64,000 bases of DNA from positions 1,717,376 through 1,781,375 of the forward strand of contig JAWKUN010000002.1 in assembly GCA_041398565.1 (NCBI GenBank), given 5' to 3'. This document shows positions 19,263 to 29,467 of this stretch, one piece after another (within the stretch, counting starts at the first letter, position 1; the number at the start of each line of letters is the position of its first letter). The translations under genes were made by a program, and so were the position numbers. Source of the stretch: Planctomycetota bacterium. Lineage in GTDB: Bacteria > Planctomycetota > UBA1135 > UBA2386. The notes under the pieces are model-generated. The model had not been told where the DNA came from. It saw only the letters and a program-made list of their open reading frames with translations, and made no database searches.

Positions 19263-19309
19263 CCCCAAAACGCAAGTCGGGCTGCACGACTTGCGTCGTG
19301 CAGCCCGAC
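19263..19309 (-). terminator. intrinsic terminator downstream of 19345-20451
   Basis: Perfect 13-bp stem GTCGGGCTGCACG / CGTGCAGCCCGAC (19276-19288 and 19297-19309) with an 8-nt loop. On the minus strand it is followed by TTGCGTTTTGGGG. It starts 36 nt after the stop codon. Confidence 0.55.
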
Positions 19310-19344
19310 TCCACTCACGAACCTCGGTCCGCGAGCGACTCAGA

Positions 19345-20451
19345 TCACGGCAGGTACTGGACGCTGGCGCGGTTGGTCAGCTTGCCAGGCAGCGCGAAGG
19401 TCGGGCCGACCGTGAAGGCCTGGAAGTCCAGGTAACGGTTGACCAGGATGGCCGGGGCAGCGCCCGGGGGCAGCACGGTGCCGTTGGCGGCGCCAGTGGT
19501 GTCGAGGGAACCACCGGCGACCTGAACGAACGCGCCACCTGGGTTCAGGTAGAGCGCGCCGCTGGCGATCGAGCCGAGCGGGATGCCCGGGCAGCCGATG
19601 TTGACGCCGAGGAACACGGCGAAGAGGCCGCTCTGGTTCGGGAAGTCGCCGACGCGGTAGTCGATGCCGTCGACGCGGCCGCCACCGTTCTCGGGCCACA
19701 TGCCACCCGCACCGAACGTGCGCGGATTGCCGGCCGCGTTGAGCAGGGTGGACACGCAGTTCGACGTGTTGCCGATCTGTGTCGGGTCGGTGCCGCCCAT
19801 GTTCAGCACGGCGGCGTCCAACATCAGCTCGTAGCGGATGCAGCGGGCCGAGGGCTGGGTGATGGCCATGGTCGCGCCATCGATGTTCCACGCCAGGTTC
19901 GGCGCGTTCGGGGCGGGGTTGTCAGCCTGCGTCGTGCCGAGCAGGTAGTAGGTGCAGATGTGCGACGACAGGCCGTCGGTGGTCCAGCCGGCGTTGGCGG
20001 CCAGGTTGAGGCCCTGGTAGTAGGTGTTGCACAGCGGCAGGGCGGTCGACGGGGTGGTCAGCGTCGCCGTGATGATCCAGGCGTTGATGCCCGTGCCCGA
20101 GGGGCTCTGCAAGGGCGCGGTCTGCAGCAGGATGCCGCCGGCGCTGGCGTCGGGCTGGCCGGCGTTGTCAGCGCGGATGATGAAGCTGTAGGGCTCGGTG
20201 ACCAGCGAGTTCTGGTCCTGCAGCACGTGACGGAAGCCCGTCAGCACCGTGCCGGCGCCCGTGGCGTCATGGCCGATGCCGGCGTAGTGCGTCGACGGCA
20301 CTTGCATCATGTTGTCGCCGGCGTTGGTGCCGAGGGTGCCGCGCGACGTGTAGTTCGTGCAGCCGGAGTAGACGCCGAAGTAGTTCGGGGACTGGGCGGT
20401 CGCCGTGGCGGCGAGCGCGAGGGAAACCGAAGCGAGGAAGAGGGAACGCAT
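19345..20451 (-). CDS. secreted hypothetical protein, paralog 2 of a pair
   Basis: In-frame ATG at 20451 gives the signal peptide MRSLFLASVSLALAATATAQ, with AGGAG 12 nt upstream. It is colinear with 16883-17962. Confidence 0.75.
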   Translation of the reverse strand: MRSLFLASVSLALAATATAQSPNYFGVYSGCTNYTSRGTLGTNAGDNMMQVPSTHYAGIGHDATGAGTVLTGFRHVLQDQNSLVTEPYSFIIRADNAGQPDASAGGILLQTAPLQSPSGTGINAWIITATLTTPSTALPLCNTYYQGLNLAANAGWTTDGLSSHICTYYLLGTTQADNPAPNAPNLAWNIDGATMAITQPSARCIRYELMLDAAVLNMGGTDPTQIGNTSNCVSTLLNAAGNPRTFGAGGMWPENGGGRVDGIDYRVGDFPNQSGLFAVFLGVNIGCPGIPLGSIASGALYLNPGGAFVQVAGGSLDTTGAANGTVLPPGAAPAILVNRYLDFQAFTVGPTFALPGKLTNRASVQYLP

Positions 20452-20977
20452 CCTTGTGGGGACTCCTGAAGAGAGTGAGTGACAGGGGCGACGACGCCCA
20501 TGGACGCCTCGAACGAGGCGGGGGACAGGCCCATCGTCGGACGAGTCTGGCTCAGTGTACTCGCCCGGCATCAGACGGACGGGACACAGAGCCAGGATCC
20601 GTAAGTGAGAGCTTTTCCTGGCGGTTGTCAAGCCACGCGCGCCCACGGCGACAGCAGAACGCCCTTGCGGTCAGGCGGTTAGGGTTGGCCCCTGCGACCA
20701 TACCCGGCGTCGGGGCTCGAGCTTGCCGCCATGGCAGCGGACGGGCGCAGGCGAAGCGCGTCGCCGACCCCTGCTCTTCGATCGGAGCGTCACCCTTCGT
20801 TCCTCCCTCGCGCGACGTCTCCTTACGATGCACCGCAGGTACAGGCCTCGTGGGAGGAGTCCGGGATCCTTTCGGGAGCCTCGCTCCGTCCTATGCGTGT
20901 CCGCGTCTCGTTGCGCGAAGATGCGGCTCGATCCAGGCGTGCCTCTCGCGCTCCCCTTACACTCCAGGCGAACACGC

Positions 20978-21529
20978 ATGAACTCCAGCCTGCTTCCCTT
21001 CGGACTCGTCGTCTGTGCCGTCGCCGGTGCCGTCCTGTGGTTCTGGCCGACCGACGCCGCAGCCACTCAACCCGCTCCGGCGCCGGCGGCGTCCTCTTCG
21101 ACGACGCCTGAACCACAGGAGGCGCCCGCGCTGAGCGCCCGCTGGACGGCTCCCGCCGCCGTCCAGCATCCGTCCCCGACCGAGCAGAAGCACATGGTGA
21201 AGCTGCCGACCGGAGAGTGGGTCAAAGCGCTCAACGGCGCCGTCGATGCCAGGATCACTTGGCCGTCCGACCGGCCGTTCTCGCCGATCATCGGCGTCGA
21301 GCGTGCGTCCGACGGCAAGGAGTGGTGGGTGCATGCCGACGGGACGAAGTCGACCACCGAGATGGTGTATCGGTCCGATCTCGGCCGCCACGACGGTCTC
21401 GGCCAGATCGCCAACCCAGTCCCGCCGCTGCCGATGGAACCCGAGGGTGGTATCCCGCCGCGCAGCGGCCCCGGCGGCCCCGCTGCACCGGGAGCCGGAT
21501 CCGGCACCGCCGAGGAAAAGAAGAAGTAG
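20978..21529 (+). CDS. hypothetical N-terminally membrane-anchored protein
   Basis: In-frame ATG at 20978 gives MNSSLLPFGLVVCAVAGAVLWFW, then a Pro/Ala linker and a small globular part (KEWWVHADGTKSTTEMVYR). Confidence 0.55.
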   Translation: MNSSLLPFGLVVCAVAGAVLWFWPTDAAATQPAPAPAASSSTTPEPQEAPALSARWTAPAAVQHPSPTEQKHMVKLPTGEWVKALNGAVDARITWPSDRPFSPIIGVERASDGKEWWVHADGTKSTTEMVYRSDLGRHDGLGQIANPVPPLPMEPEGGIPPRSGPGGPAAPGAGSGTAEEKKK

Positions 21530-21780
21530 GGGCAGGCGCGGCCGCCAGGCTGCGGCTTCATTCGGGCAGGGGTCACGAACTGGTCCCCTGGTCGCGTGCC
21601 GCCGCGAGTGTGGCCGGAGCGCGGAAAACAGCCCCGACCCGTGACCTGCCGGCCGGCTTCGCGCTCCCGAGCGCCTGCGCGTCCGCCGGGGCGGCGTCCA
21701 CTGTGGAGTGCCGCCGGCGCGGCCCGTAGCTTGGCGCCGCGCGGCCAGGTTCGCGCACGGATTCGGATGTCGATTGGCTC

Positions 21781-23721
21781 ATGGCGACGCACACAGCGCG
21801 TGACTCTCACCTCTTCCCCGCGGTCCCGGGACGGTGCGCAGCGGCTGGCCGCTCGATCTCCGTCCGCGCGCTCGGACTCGTCGGGATCCTGGTCTCTTTC
21901 GTCGCGCCGGCAGCAGCGCACGGCGGTCGCTACGTCGGCGGCGGCGTGGGGCCGTTGCCCCCCGCCGCTCTGGGGCCCGCGACTCCTGCCCCGGCCGGGC
22001 CGGTGGCGCCGGGGGCGGCGTCCACTTTGGTGGCTGGCAGCCGCGACACCTCGCGCTGGCAGGTGTGGTGGGAGCTCGAGAAGGACTCCTTCCTGCAAGT
22101 GAAGGCGCGGGTCATCGCCACGCGTGATCCGACTTCGCAGCCCACGGTGGCGCAGATCGACCGCGAAGTGGTTCCGCTGCTCTGCAAGTCGTTGGTTCGG
22201 GATCGACAGCCCGACCTCTTGTCGGCTTGCCTGGTTGCGCTCGGCAAGGTCGGGCCTTCCGGCGACGCAGCCGAGGTGCGGGCCGCTTTTCGCAAGGCGC
22301 TCCACGACGGCGTGCAGGAGACGCGTGAGACCGCCGCCCTCGCCCTGGGCATCACGCGCCAGGCGTGGGCCCTCGAGGAACTCCTGGCCCTCGCCGCCGA
22401 CGCCGGGCCGGGCCGTCGGATCGTCGACCGCTCGCGCGTGGACGAGCGCACGCGCGCGTTCGCCGTGTACGGCCTGGGCTTGCTGGCTGAGCACAGCGAT
22501 GACCTCGACTTGCGCGCACGCGTGATCGACCTGCTGGTCAAGCAGCTCGGGCGTGCTCGCCCGCAGGACCTCGATCTGACGTTGTCGGAGGTGTACGGCC
22601 TGCGTCTGGCCTGCCCGCCGGCGAGCAACCGGTCGCTGGCGAGCTGGACGCTGCGCCAAAGGGTGGTCGACGCCCTCTGGACGTACGCTCGTCGGCGGGC
22701 CCGGGTCACCGAGCAGGTGGTGCAGGCCCACGCGCTGCAGAGCGTCGCACGCATTCTCGCCGAGGACGACAGCGGAGTCGCCGCCAAGTTCCTCGACCCG
22801 CTCGTCGCCGAACTGCGCGAGCCGAGCGGCAGCAGCGCCGCGAAGGCGCAGTCGGCGGCGATCGGCCTCGGCTACATGGCTCGTCCGGAAGACGAGGCCG
22901 TGTGCGCGGCGCTGCGCCAGCTCGCGCGCAAGGGCACCGACCGGCACGCGCGTTCGTTCGCGTTGATCGCGCTGGGTCGCATCGGCGGCGAGGCCAACCG
23001 CGGCTTCCTGCTGAAGACGCTGGCGGAGGGGCACAAGGTGACGGTGAAGCCGTGGGCTGGCCTGGCGCTCGGCTTGATGCGCTTCGAGGAGCGCACGCGT
23101 TCTGGCTCGCAGGGCAGCGTCGACACGACGGTCGAGCGTGCCCTGCGGGCCGCGTTGAAAGACGTCAAGGCGGCGGAGGCGCGCGGCGCGTTCGCTCTGG
23201 CACTCGGGTTGGCCCACGCCACCGATGCGGCTCCGGACCTGCGCGCCCTCCTCGACGACAACGATCGGCAGGACGAACTCGCTGGCTACCTGGCGCTGAG
23301 CCTCGCCTTGCTCGAGGACGCCGAGAGCGTGCCACGGCTGCGCGACCTCGCCAAGCGCTCGCTCCGCCGCCCGCAGCTGCTGCGCCAGGTTGCCACCGCA
23401 TCGGGGATGCTCGGCGACCGCGGGGCCGCCCAGCAGCTCCTCGACCTCATGCGCGGCAACGACCTCAGCGTCGCCACGCTCGGTGCCGTCGCGGGTGCTC
23501 TCGGTCAGATCGGAGACGGCGGCGCGTTGGCTTCGTTGCTCGTCATCCTGCGCGACGACGGCGTCCCGGACCTGGCGCGGGCGTTTGCCGCGGCCGCGGT
23601 CGGCGGCATCCTCGACGCCAGTCCGCTGCCGTGGAACGCCAGCTTGGCGACGGGGGTGAACTTCGTCTCCACCCTGCCTTCGCTGACCGATGGCCTCGGC
23701 GGCGTGCTCGACATCCTGTGA
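21781..23721 (+). CDS. secreted HEAT-repeat protein
   Basis: 646 aa. Hydrophobic leader LGLVGILVSFVAPAAAHG. It has an SRWQVWWELEKDSFL block followed by many ALGxxG/ARxxAAxALG HEAT-like repeats. Confidence 0.75.
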   Translation: MATHTARDSHLFPAVPGRCAAAGRSISVRALGLVGILVSFVAPAAAHGGRYVGGGVGPLPPAALGPATPAPAGPVAPGAASTLVAGSRDTSRWQVWWELEKDSFLQVKARVIATRDPTSQPTVAQIDREVVPLLCKSLVRDRQPDLLSACLVALGKVGPSGDAAEVRAAFRKALHDGVQETRETAALALGITRQAWALEELLALAADAGPGRRIVDRSRVDERTRAFAVYGLGLLAEHSDDLDLRARVIDLLVKQLGRARPQDLDLTLSEVYGLRLACPPASNRSLASWTLRQRVVDALWTYARRRARVTEQVVQAHALQSVARILAEDDSGVAAKFLDPLVAELREPSGSSAAKAQSAAIGLGYMARPEDEAVCAALRQLARKGTDRHARSFALIALGRIGGEANRGFLLKTLAEGHKVTVKPWAGLALGLMRFEERTRSGSQGSVDTTVERALRAALKDVKAAEARGAFALALGLAHATDAAPDLRALLDDNDRQDELAGYLALSLALLEDAESVPRLRDLAKRSLRRPQLLRQVATASGMLGDRGAAQQLLDLMRGNDLSVATLGAVAGALGQIGDGGALASLLVILRDDGVPDLARAFAAAAVGGILDASPLPWNASLATGVNFVSTLPSLTDGLGGVLDIL

Positions 23722-23818
23722 CGAGCGCACCCGAAGCACCCGACGCGAGCCGCCCTTCGGCGCTCGGGCGCTTGTGTGGACGCGACGCCTTCGGCTACCG
23801 TGCCGCCGCGCGCCTATA

Positions 23819-23894
23819 GCTCAGTTGGTAGAGCATCGGACTTTTAATCCGGCGGTCGCAGGTTCGAGTCCTGCTGGGCGTACCAGCTCCGTGT
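23819..23894 (+). tRNA. tRNA-Lys (anticodon UUU), CCA encoded
   Basis: Hand-folded: acceptor GCGCCTA/TGGGCGT, anticodon arm TCGGA-CTTTTAA-TCCGG, T arm GCAGG-TTCGAGT-CCTGC. Confidence 0.93.
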
Positions 23895-23979
23895 GCCCGG
23901 CACGAGGCGCGGGGGCTTGCCCGGCCGCCTGGTGCGATCGGCGATTCCTTGCGCCGAGCGGCTGCGGCACGATGCGCGC

Positions 23980-24351
23980 ATGCTCGCGTTGTGGATCGCC
24001 CTCGCCGGCGCGTTCGGTGCTCTCGCCCGCTGGGCCCTGGCCCTCGGTCTGCAAGCCGTCTTCGGCATGGGGGCGCCGCAAGGCGCTTTCGCCGCCAACG
24101 TCCTGGGCTGCGCCGCCTTCGGCCTCGTGATGCAGCTCGCGAACACCGGCATCATCGCCCCGCAGACCAAGCTGGCGCTGCTCGTCGGCTTCCTGGGGGC
24201 CTTCACCACCTTCTCGACCTACGTCGCCGACGTCGTGGCCCTGGCACGCGATGGCCAGCTCGTGGCGGCCGGAGTCTGGGTGCTCGCGCACAACGGTCTG
24301 GGCGTGCTCGCGTTCCTCCTCGGCGCCGGGGTCGGCCGTCAGCTGGTCTGA
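23980..24351 (+). CDS. crcB: fluoride ion channel CrcB/FluC
   Basis: In-frame ATG at 23980. 123 aa with 4 TM helices. It contains GAFGALARW and the hallmark LLVGFLGAFTTFSTY. Confidence 0.9.
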   Translation: MLALWIALAGAFGALARWALALGLQAVFGMGAPQGAFAANVLGCAAFGLVMQLANTGIIAPQTKLALLVGFLGAFTTFSTYVADVVALARDGQLVAAGVWVLAHNGLGVLAFLLGAGVGRQLV

Positions 24352-24460
24352 CCGCGGCCAGCGTTCGGCGGCGGGGCTGGCCCATCCGCTGCAAGGCTGG
24401 CGTCCGCGCTCGCGTTCTTTCGTCGCTCGGCGACGCGCCTTGTTCGCTATCCTCCTCCCC

Positions 24461-26164
24461 GTGCGCGCGCGCGCGATCGCTGGCCTGGTGCTGGTCACCC
24501 TCGTGGTGGCGGCTCTGTCGCTGTGGGTCGTGCGCGGTCAGCCGACCGGCGACGTCCTGCTGCCGCCGCTCGACTCCACGCGGCCGCTGCCGCAGGGAGG
24601 CTTCTGGGTCGGCGGCTGTTCCGAGCCACCGCACCTCAACCCGTTCACCACGACCGACGCCGTCGCCCGCAGCCTGGTGCTGCGCTACACGCACGACACG
24701 CTCCTCGAGCGCGATCCGGTCACCGGCGATGTCGTGCCCGCGATCGCCGAGCTGGTCGAGGCGAACGAAGCGGGAACCGAGCTCTCGGTGCGCCTGCGTC
24801 CGGGCGCGACCTTCTCCGACGGCAGCCCCCTCGCCGTCGACGATCTCGAGTTCGTCTTCCGCGCCGCGCAGGCGCCGGGCATGCAGTTGGGCGCGGTGGC
24901 CGAGGCATTCGGCCTACTGCGCGACTTCACCCGCACGGGCGAGCGCTCCTTCCGTTTGTCGCTCGCGGTGCCGCATTTCAAGGCGCGCGACACCATCGGC
25001 ACCACCTACCCGGTGTTGCAGGCCAGGTTCTGGCGCGCGGCGGTGGCGGCGCAGGCGGCCGAGGCCCGAGTGGACGTGCCCGCAGTCGGCAGCGCGGCGT
25101 TCGCGACGCTCTTGGGGCGCGTGCGGCTGCCTGGTCCCGGAACCGGCGCCTATGCCCTGGCGCACGATCGCACCAGCGGCGAGATCGCCTGGCGGCGGGG
25201 CACCGACCTGGTGTTGGTCCAGAACGCCGCCAGCTGGCGCCGGGCCGCGCAGCCTCGCCGATGGAACCTGATGGGGATGCGCCTGCGCTTCCTTCCCGAT
25301 CCGGCCGCCCGGCTGGCGGAGTTGCGCGCCGGCCGTCTCGATTGGTACGCCGACGAGGACGCCGAGGCGGTGCTGGCCGCGGACCCGCAGCTGCAGGAGC
25401 GGATGCGACTGCTCGAGTACGTGTCGCCCCGCCTGGGACACCAGATGGTGGTGTGGAACACGCGCCGCCCGCCGTTCTCCGACGTACGCGTGCGGCAGGC
25501 GCTGTCGATGCTGTTCGACCGTGCAGCGATCGCGGCCAAGCTCATGCGTGGGCACGGCACGCCGGCGGCTGCTTGGTTTCGGCCTGACGATCCCGAGTAT
25601 CCGGACGACTTGCCGCCGGTCCCTTTCGATCCTGGCGCGGCGCGGGCCCTGCTGGAGGCCGCCGCGGTGACCAGCGACGACGCGCCGTGCACGATCTCGA
25701 TCCTGGTCGCCAACCAGATGGCGCTGCACCGCCGCATCCTCGAGGAGGCGGTGCCCGCGTTCGCCGTCGCCGGGCTCCGACTGGCGATCGAGCAGCGCGA
25801 GTGGGCGGAGGTCGTGTCGCGCTACGAGAGTCGCGACTTCGACGCCGTGCTGATGAACTGGAACCACGAGCCTTGGATCGACCCTTACGCGAACTTTCAC
25901 AGCACGCAGGCGGACCCGCCGGGCAAGAACTACAGCGGGCTGCGCGACGTCGAGGTCGATGCGTTGCTCGAGCGCGGACGCGTGGAGTTCGACGCTGCTG
26001 CCCGCGCGGTGTGCTACCGGCGCCTCGCGCACAGGCTGCGCGACCTCGAGCCGGTCAGTCTGCTGGTGCACCCGCGGCTCACGCTGCTGATCGACCGCAG
26101 GTTCCACGGTGCCGAGCCGGGGCCGCTGGGTATCGTCGCCGACCGGATGTGGGTCGACGCTTGA
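24461..26164 (+). CDS. ABC-transporter substrate-binding protein, family 5 (peptide/nickel type), membrane-anchored
   Basis: SBP_bac_5-like sequence (LNPFTTTDAVARSLVLRYTHDTLLERDP, ATFSDGSPLAVDDLEFVF). The start is approximate: GTG at 24461 precedes the single TM helix. No permease or ATPase genes are adjacent. Confidence 0.8.
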   Translation: MRARAIAGLVLVTLVVAALSLWVVRGQPTGDVLLPPLDSTRPLPQGGFWVGGCSEPPHLNPFTTTDAVARSLVLRYTHDTLLERDPVTGDVVPAIAELVEANEAGTELSVRLRPGATFSDGSPLAVDDLEFVFRAAQAPGMQLGAVAEAFGLLRDFTRTGERSFRLSLAVPHFKARDTIGTTYPVLQARFWRAAVAAQAAEARVDVPAVGSAAFATLLGRVRLPGPGTGAYALAHDRTSGEIAWRRGTDLVLVQNAASWRRAAQPRRWNLMGMRLRFLPDPAARLAELRAGRLDWYADEDAEAVLAADPQLQERMRLLEYVSPRLGHQMVVWNTRRPPFSDVRVRQALSMLFDRAAIAAKLMRGHGTPAAAWFRPDDPEYPDDLPPVPFDPGAARALLEAAAVTSDDAPCTISILVANQMALHRRILEEAVPAFAVAGLRLAIEQREWAEVVSRYESRDFDAVLMNWNHEPWIDPYANFHSTQADPPGKNYSGLRDVEVDALLERGRVEFDAAARAVCYRRLAHRLRDLEPVSLLVHPRLTLLIDRRFHGAEPGPLGIVADRMWVDA

Positions 26165-26299
26165 TGGCGTGCGGGAAGCGTCGGCGGGAGCGTGAGGGCT
26201 TTCTTCCCGAAAAGGAGTGGGATGCGTCGCGCATCCTTCCACACGCCGCCGGTTGCGGGCCGTCGCGGCCCTGCCAATAATCCCGGAGCAGGAGTACCA

Positions 26300-27946
26300 A
26301 TGTCTCGAACGAATCCGTGGTTGGCGGTAGCCCCGCTCCTTCTTGTTGGCCTCGCGGCGGGGCAGCAGCCCACTTTCCAAGGTGGCGTGCACGAGGACCC
26401 GCGCATCGGGATCAAGATCAAGGTGCCCGACAAGTGGACGATGGTCCCCATCGACATCGACGAGAAGTGGATCGTCGCCAAGTACCTGTGCAACCGCGAC
26501 TACGTCGCCAAGACGGCCTACGTCGGGCTCAAGCCGGAGATGCGCATCATCCACTTCACTCCGGAGAAGGCCGAGGTGAAGGAGCGGGTCGAGACGCACG
26601 GCGACACGACCTACTCCACGACCTCCAAGACCTTCCGTAACTACAAGGAGTGGTTCAAGGAGGACATCAAGGGGAGCGCCGGGTTCCACATCGACTCCGA
26701 GAAGGAGGACAAGCTCGGCGACGTGGCGGTGACCAAGATCAGCATCCTCACCGACCAAGGCGCCAACGGCGCCATGCGCTACCTGTGCTGGATCTACGCG
26801 CGACCCGACGGGTCGACGGTGGCCGTGGACTTCGTGCAGCTCGAGGACTACTTCAAGAACGTCGAGGACGACTTCGAGAAGAGCCTGCGCTCGATGCGCT
26901 TCTTCGAGCCGACCGTCAACGCGTCGTCGGCAGGCGACGACGAACTGGAGAACCCGATGTGGACGCGCGACCGCTCCAAGTGGCGCGCGATGCCCAAGAC
27001 CGAGCGCTGGAAGATCCGGCAGTCGATGGACGTGAAGCGCCGCAACAAGGTGCTGGCCAACATCCCCGACGGCTGGACGACGCAGGAATCGCGCAGCAAG
27101 CGTTTCACGGCGCTCACCCACGCCGACAAGAAGTACACCTCGCTGGTGCTCGACACGGCCGACGCTACCTGGGACTGGTTGGACAAGCGGTTCGGCGACC
27201 TCAGCGACGAGTACGTGATGGTCGGCACGATCCGCATCTGCAAGGACGCCGACGAAGCGTCCGCCTACACACGCAAGTCGGCCACCGGCGACTCGTACAG
27301 CGACGACGACCGCGAGATCGTCGACTACAAGGACCGCGACGCCGGCTCGTCGGGTGGTGGCCAGCGCTCCCTGATGCGCGGCTTGCTGCAGGCCTACCTG
27401 TACGACAAGGACTGGTACGCGGGCGCCTACGCACCCGACTGGGCCCTGGTGTCGATGAGCTACTACCTGGCCAGCGGCGAGGTCTCCGGGCGCAAGCTCG
27501 TGTTCAAGTCGGACAACACCGAGCGCATGTACATCCGCGAGGCCGAGCGAGCGGGCGCGCTGCGCACCTTCAGCGAGATCATCTCCACCCCATCCGAAGA
27601 CTGGCCGAAGGAGCGCGATGCCTACCGGGGCTACGTGTTCCAGGTCGCCACCATCGTGCGCTTCCTCGAGAGTCGCGAGGCGTCGCGCTTGAAGTGCCTC
27701 GACAAGTTCATTCCCCGCTACACGCAAGCGGTGATCAAGGCCGGCGAGCAGTGGGCCAAGGACCACCCTGGGCAGAGCCAGGCCAAGTCCGAAGAAGAGG
27801 AAGAGGCGCGGGCCAAGGACCGCTCGAAACAGCGGCGCGAGCGCGCCCAGTTCATCCTCAACACGGTGAACAAGGAGGTGGCCAACTTCTCGCAGAAGGA
27901 GTGGCAGCAGATCGAGGCCACCTGGAAGAAGTGGTTGACGAGGTGA
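26300..27946 (+). CDS. hypothetical secreted protein (Lys/Glu/Asp-rich)
   Basis: ATG at 26300 with GGAG 6 nt upstream. Signal peptide MSRTNPWLAVAPLLLVGLAAGQQ. No motif was recognised. The C-terminal third is a charged helix. Confidence 0.7.
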   Translation: MSRTNPWLAVAPLLLVGLAAGQQPTFQGGVHEDPRIGIKIKVPDKWTMVPIDIDEKWIVAKYLCNRDYVAKTAYVGLKPEMRIIHFTPEKAEVKERVETHGDTTYSTTSKTFRNYKEWFKEDIKGSAGFHIDSEKEDKLGDVAVTKISILTDQGANGAMRYLCWIYARPDGSTVAVDFVQLEDYFKNVEDDFEKSLRSMRFFEPTVNASSAGDDELENPMWTRDRSKWRAMPKTERWKIRQSMDVKRRNKVLANIPDGWTTQESRSKRFTALTHADKKYTSLVLDTADATWDWLDKRFGDLSDEYVMVGTIRICKDADEASAYTRKSATGDSYSDDDREIVDYKDRDAGSSGGGQRSLMRGLLQAYLYDKDWYAGAYAPDWALVSMSYYLASGEVSGRKLVFKSDNTERMYIREAERAGALRTFSEIISTPSEDWPKERDAYRGYVFQVATIVRFLESREASRLKCLDKFIPRYTQAVIKAGEQWAKDHPGQSQAKSEEEEEARAKDRSKQRRERAQFILNTVNKEVANFSQKEWQQIEATWKKWLTR

Positions 27947-27989
27947 GCACGCCGGCTCGCTGGCGGCCAGTCGGCGAGTCCGAGGCGGC

Positions 27990-29252
27990 GTGATCGTTCT
28001 GCTCTGGTGGTGCCTCGCGCTGGCGGGCGTGTTGGCCGCCGCGCCAGCCGGCCTGACCGACGAGCGATCAGTCGATCGTGAGGCGGATCGGGGTGCGGCC
28101 CGTGTCGACATGGCCCGTCGCGGCCATCCGCCTCCGACGGTGTACCTGGAGGTCGACATCCTGCCGGGAGCCGTGCAGGTCGACGTCGTCGGCGAACTGC
28201 AGGTGTGGAACGCCTGGCTGAAGCTCGACGTCTCCGGCGAGTACCTCCTCTCCGACGAGGACCTCGCGCGGATCAAGGCCGGCGCTGGCACGTTCTTCGA
28301 CGAGCAGAACAGGTTCGCCTTCGACGGCACCCGGCAGGCGGTCCGAGTCGCGGAGGTGATCCCGCCGACCGACTTCGTGCCCGGGCGCAACATCCCCAAC
28401 GTGCGGGTGCGCCTGCGCCTGCCCTACGACGACGAGCCGCGCACGCTGGGGATCTTGTGGCAGGAGTTCGAGGCGACCGACCTGTTCGAGCGCAAGGCCG
28501 TGCCGGTCATGGTGCGCTACCGCGGCGACGTCGAGCAGGGCGTGATGACGCCCGCCGAGCCCGAGTACCTCTGGCACACGCGCACGGTGTTGCGCCGGCC
28601 GCCGCAGGTCGACGCGGTGACGTCGGCGCCGGCGATCGGCTGGCGCGTGTCGCTGCCGGCCGTGTTGGTGCTGATGTGCGGGGCGGGGCTGGCCTTCGTT
28701 TCGGGTCGCCGTCGTTGGCCGGTCGGGGCGCGCGTGGTCTTGGGCGCCTGCGTGCTCGCGGCTGCCGCCGGGGCGTGGCCGTACGGGCGCGTGCGTGTGC
28801 CTGGCACGGGCATCGCCGTGCCGGACACCGAGTCGGCGTTGTCGATCTTCCAGCGTCTGCACGCCAACGTGTACCGCGCGTTCGAGGCCGACACCGCCGA
28901 GCACATCTACGACCTCCTGGCGGTCAGCGTGGCGCCCAGCTTGCTCGACCGGACCTACGCCGACGTGTACGAGAGCCTGGTGCTGCGCGGGCAGGGTGGG
29001 GCGGTGTGCACGATCGAGAAGATCGAGATCCTCGAGCAAGAGATGCAGCCGTCACCGCCGCGGGTGGACGGCCGTCCCGCGTTCGCGGTCGTCTGTGCGT
29101 GGCGCGTACACGGTCTGGTCTCGCACTGGGGGCACGAGCACCGGCGCTTGAACCAGTACCGCGCGCGCTACACCATCGCCCACGACGGACGTGCCTGGCG
29201 GATCGAGGCCGTCGACGTGACCGAGCAGAGCCGCGTCGACGACGGCGGGTAG
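27990..29252 (+). CDS. hypothetical membrane protein (exported N-domain, 2 central TM helices, NTF2/Tim44-like C-domain)
   Basis: 420-aa ORF with a GTG start. TM helices are VSLPAVLVLMCGAGLAFV and VVLGACVLAAAAGAW. The domain assignment is by eye only. Confidence 0.65.
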   Translation: MIVLLWWCLALAGVLAAAPAGLTDERSVDREADRGAARVDMARRGHPPPTVYLEVDILPGAVQVDVVGELQVWNAWLKLDVSGEYLLSDEDLARIKAGAGTFFDEQNRFAFDGTRQAVRVAEVIPPTDFVPGRNIPNVRVRLRLPYDDEPRTLGILWQEFEATDLFERKAVPVMVRYRGDVEQGVMTPAEPEYLWHTRTVLRRPPQVDAVTSAPAIGWRVSLPAVLVLMCGAGLAFVSGRRRWPVGARVVLGACVLAAAAGAWPYGRVRVPGTGIAVPDTESALSIFQRLHANVYRAFEADTAEHIYDLLAVSVAPSLLDRTYADVYESLVLRGQGGAVCTIEKIEILEQEMQPSPPRVDGRPAFAVVCAWRVHGLVSHWGHEHRRLNQYRARYTIAHDGRAWRIEAVDVTEQSRVDDGG

Positions 29253-29467
29253 GCGTCGAGGCGCGATCGTGGTCGGGAACTCCTGTACGAAGTGCGCACG
29301 CACGGTCCAGGCACCGTCATCGCGCCACCGGACGAATCCGCGCCTCGGCCCCATCCGCGCAAGGCGCGGGCCTTCCCGGCGTCGGATGGTGCCGGCGAAG
29401 GTGCCCGCGGGGGCGTTGTCCTCGCCCGTGCCCTGCGTTGTAATCCTCGCCTGACCGTATCGAAGAA

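Noticed and set aside
23895-23979. Looked for a fluoride (crcB-motif) riboswitch in the 85 nt between tRNA-Lys and crcB.
   Set aside because: GGTGC...GCGCC could form a short P1-like stem. The conserved elements I remember (GGCGAUGG..., AAACCGCC..., CUGAUGA..CCU) are not recognisably present. A covariance-model search would be needed to overturn this.
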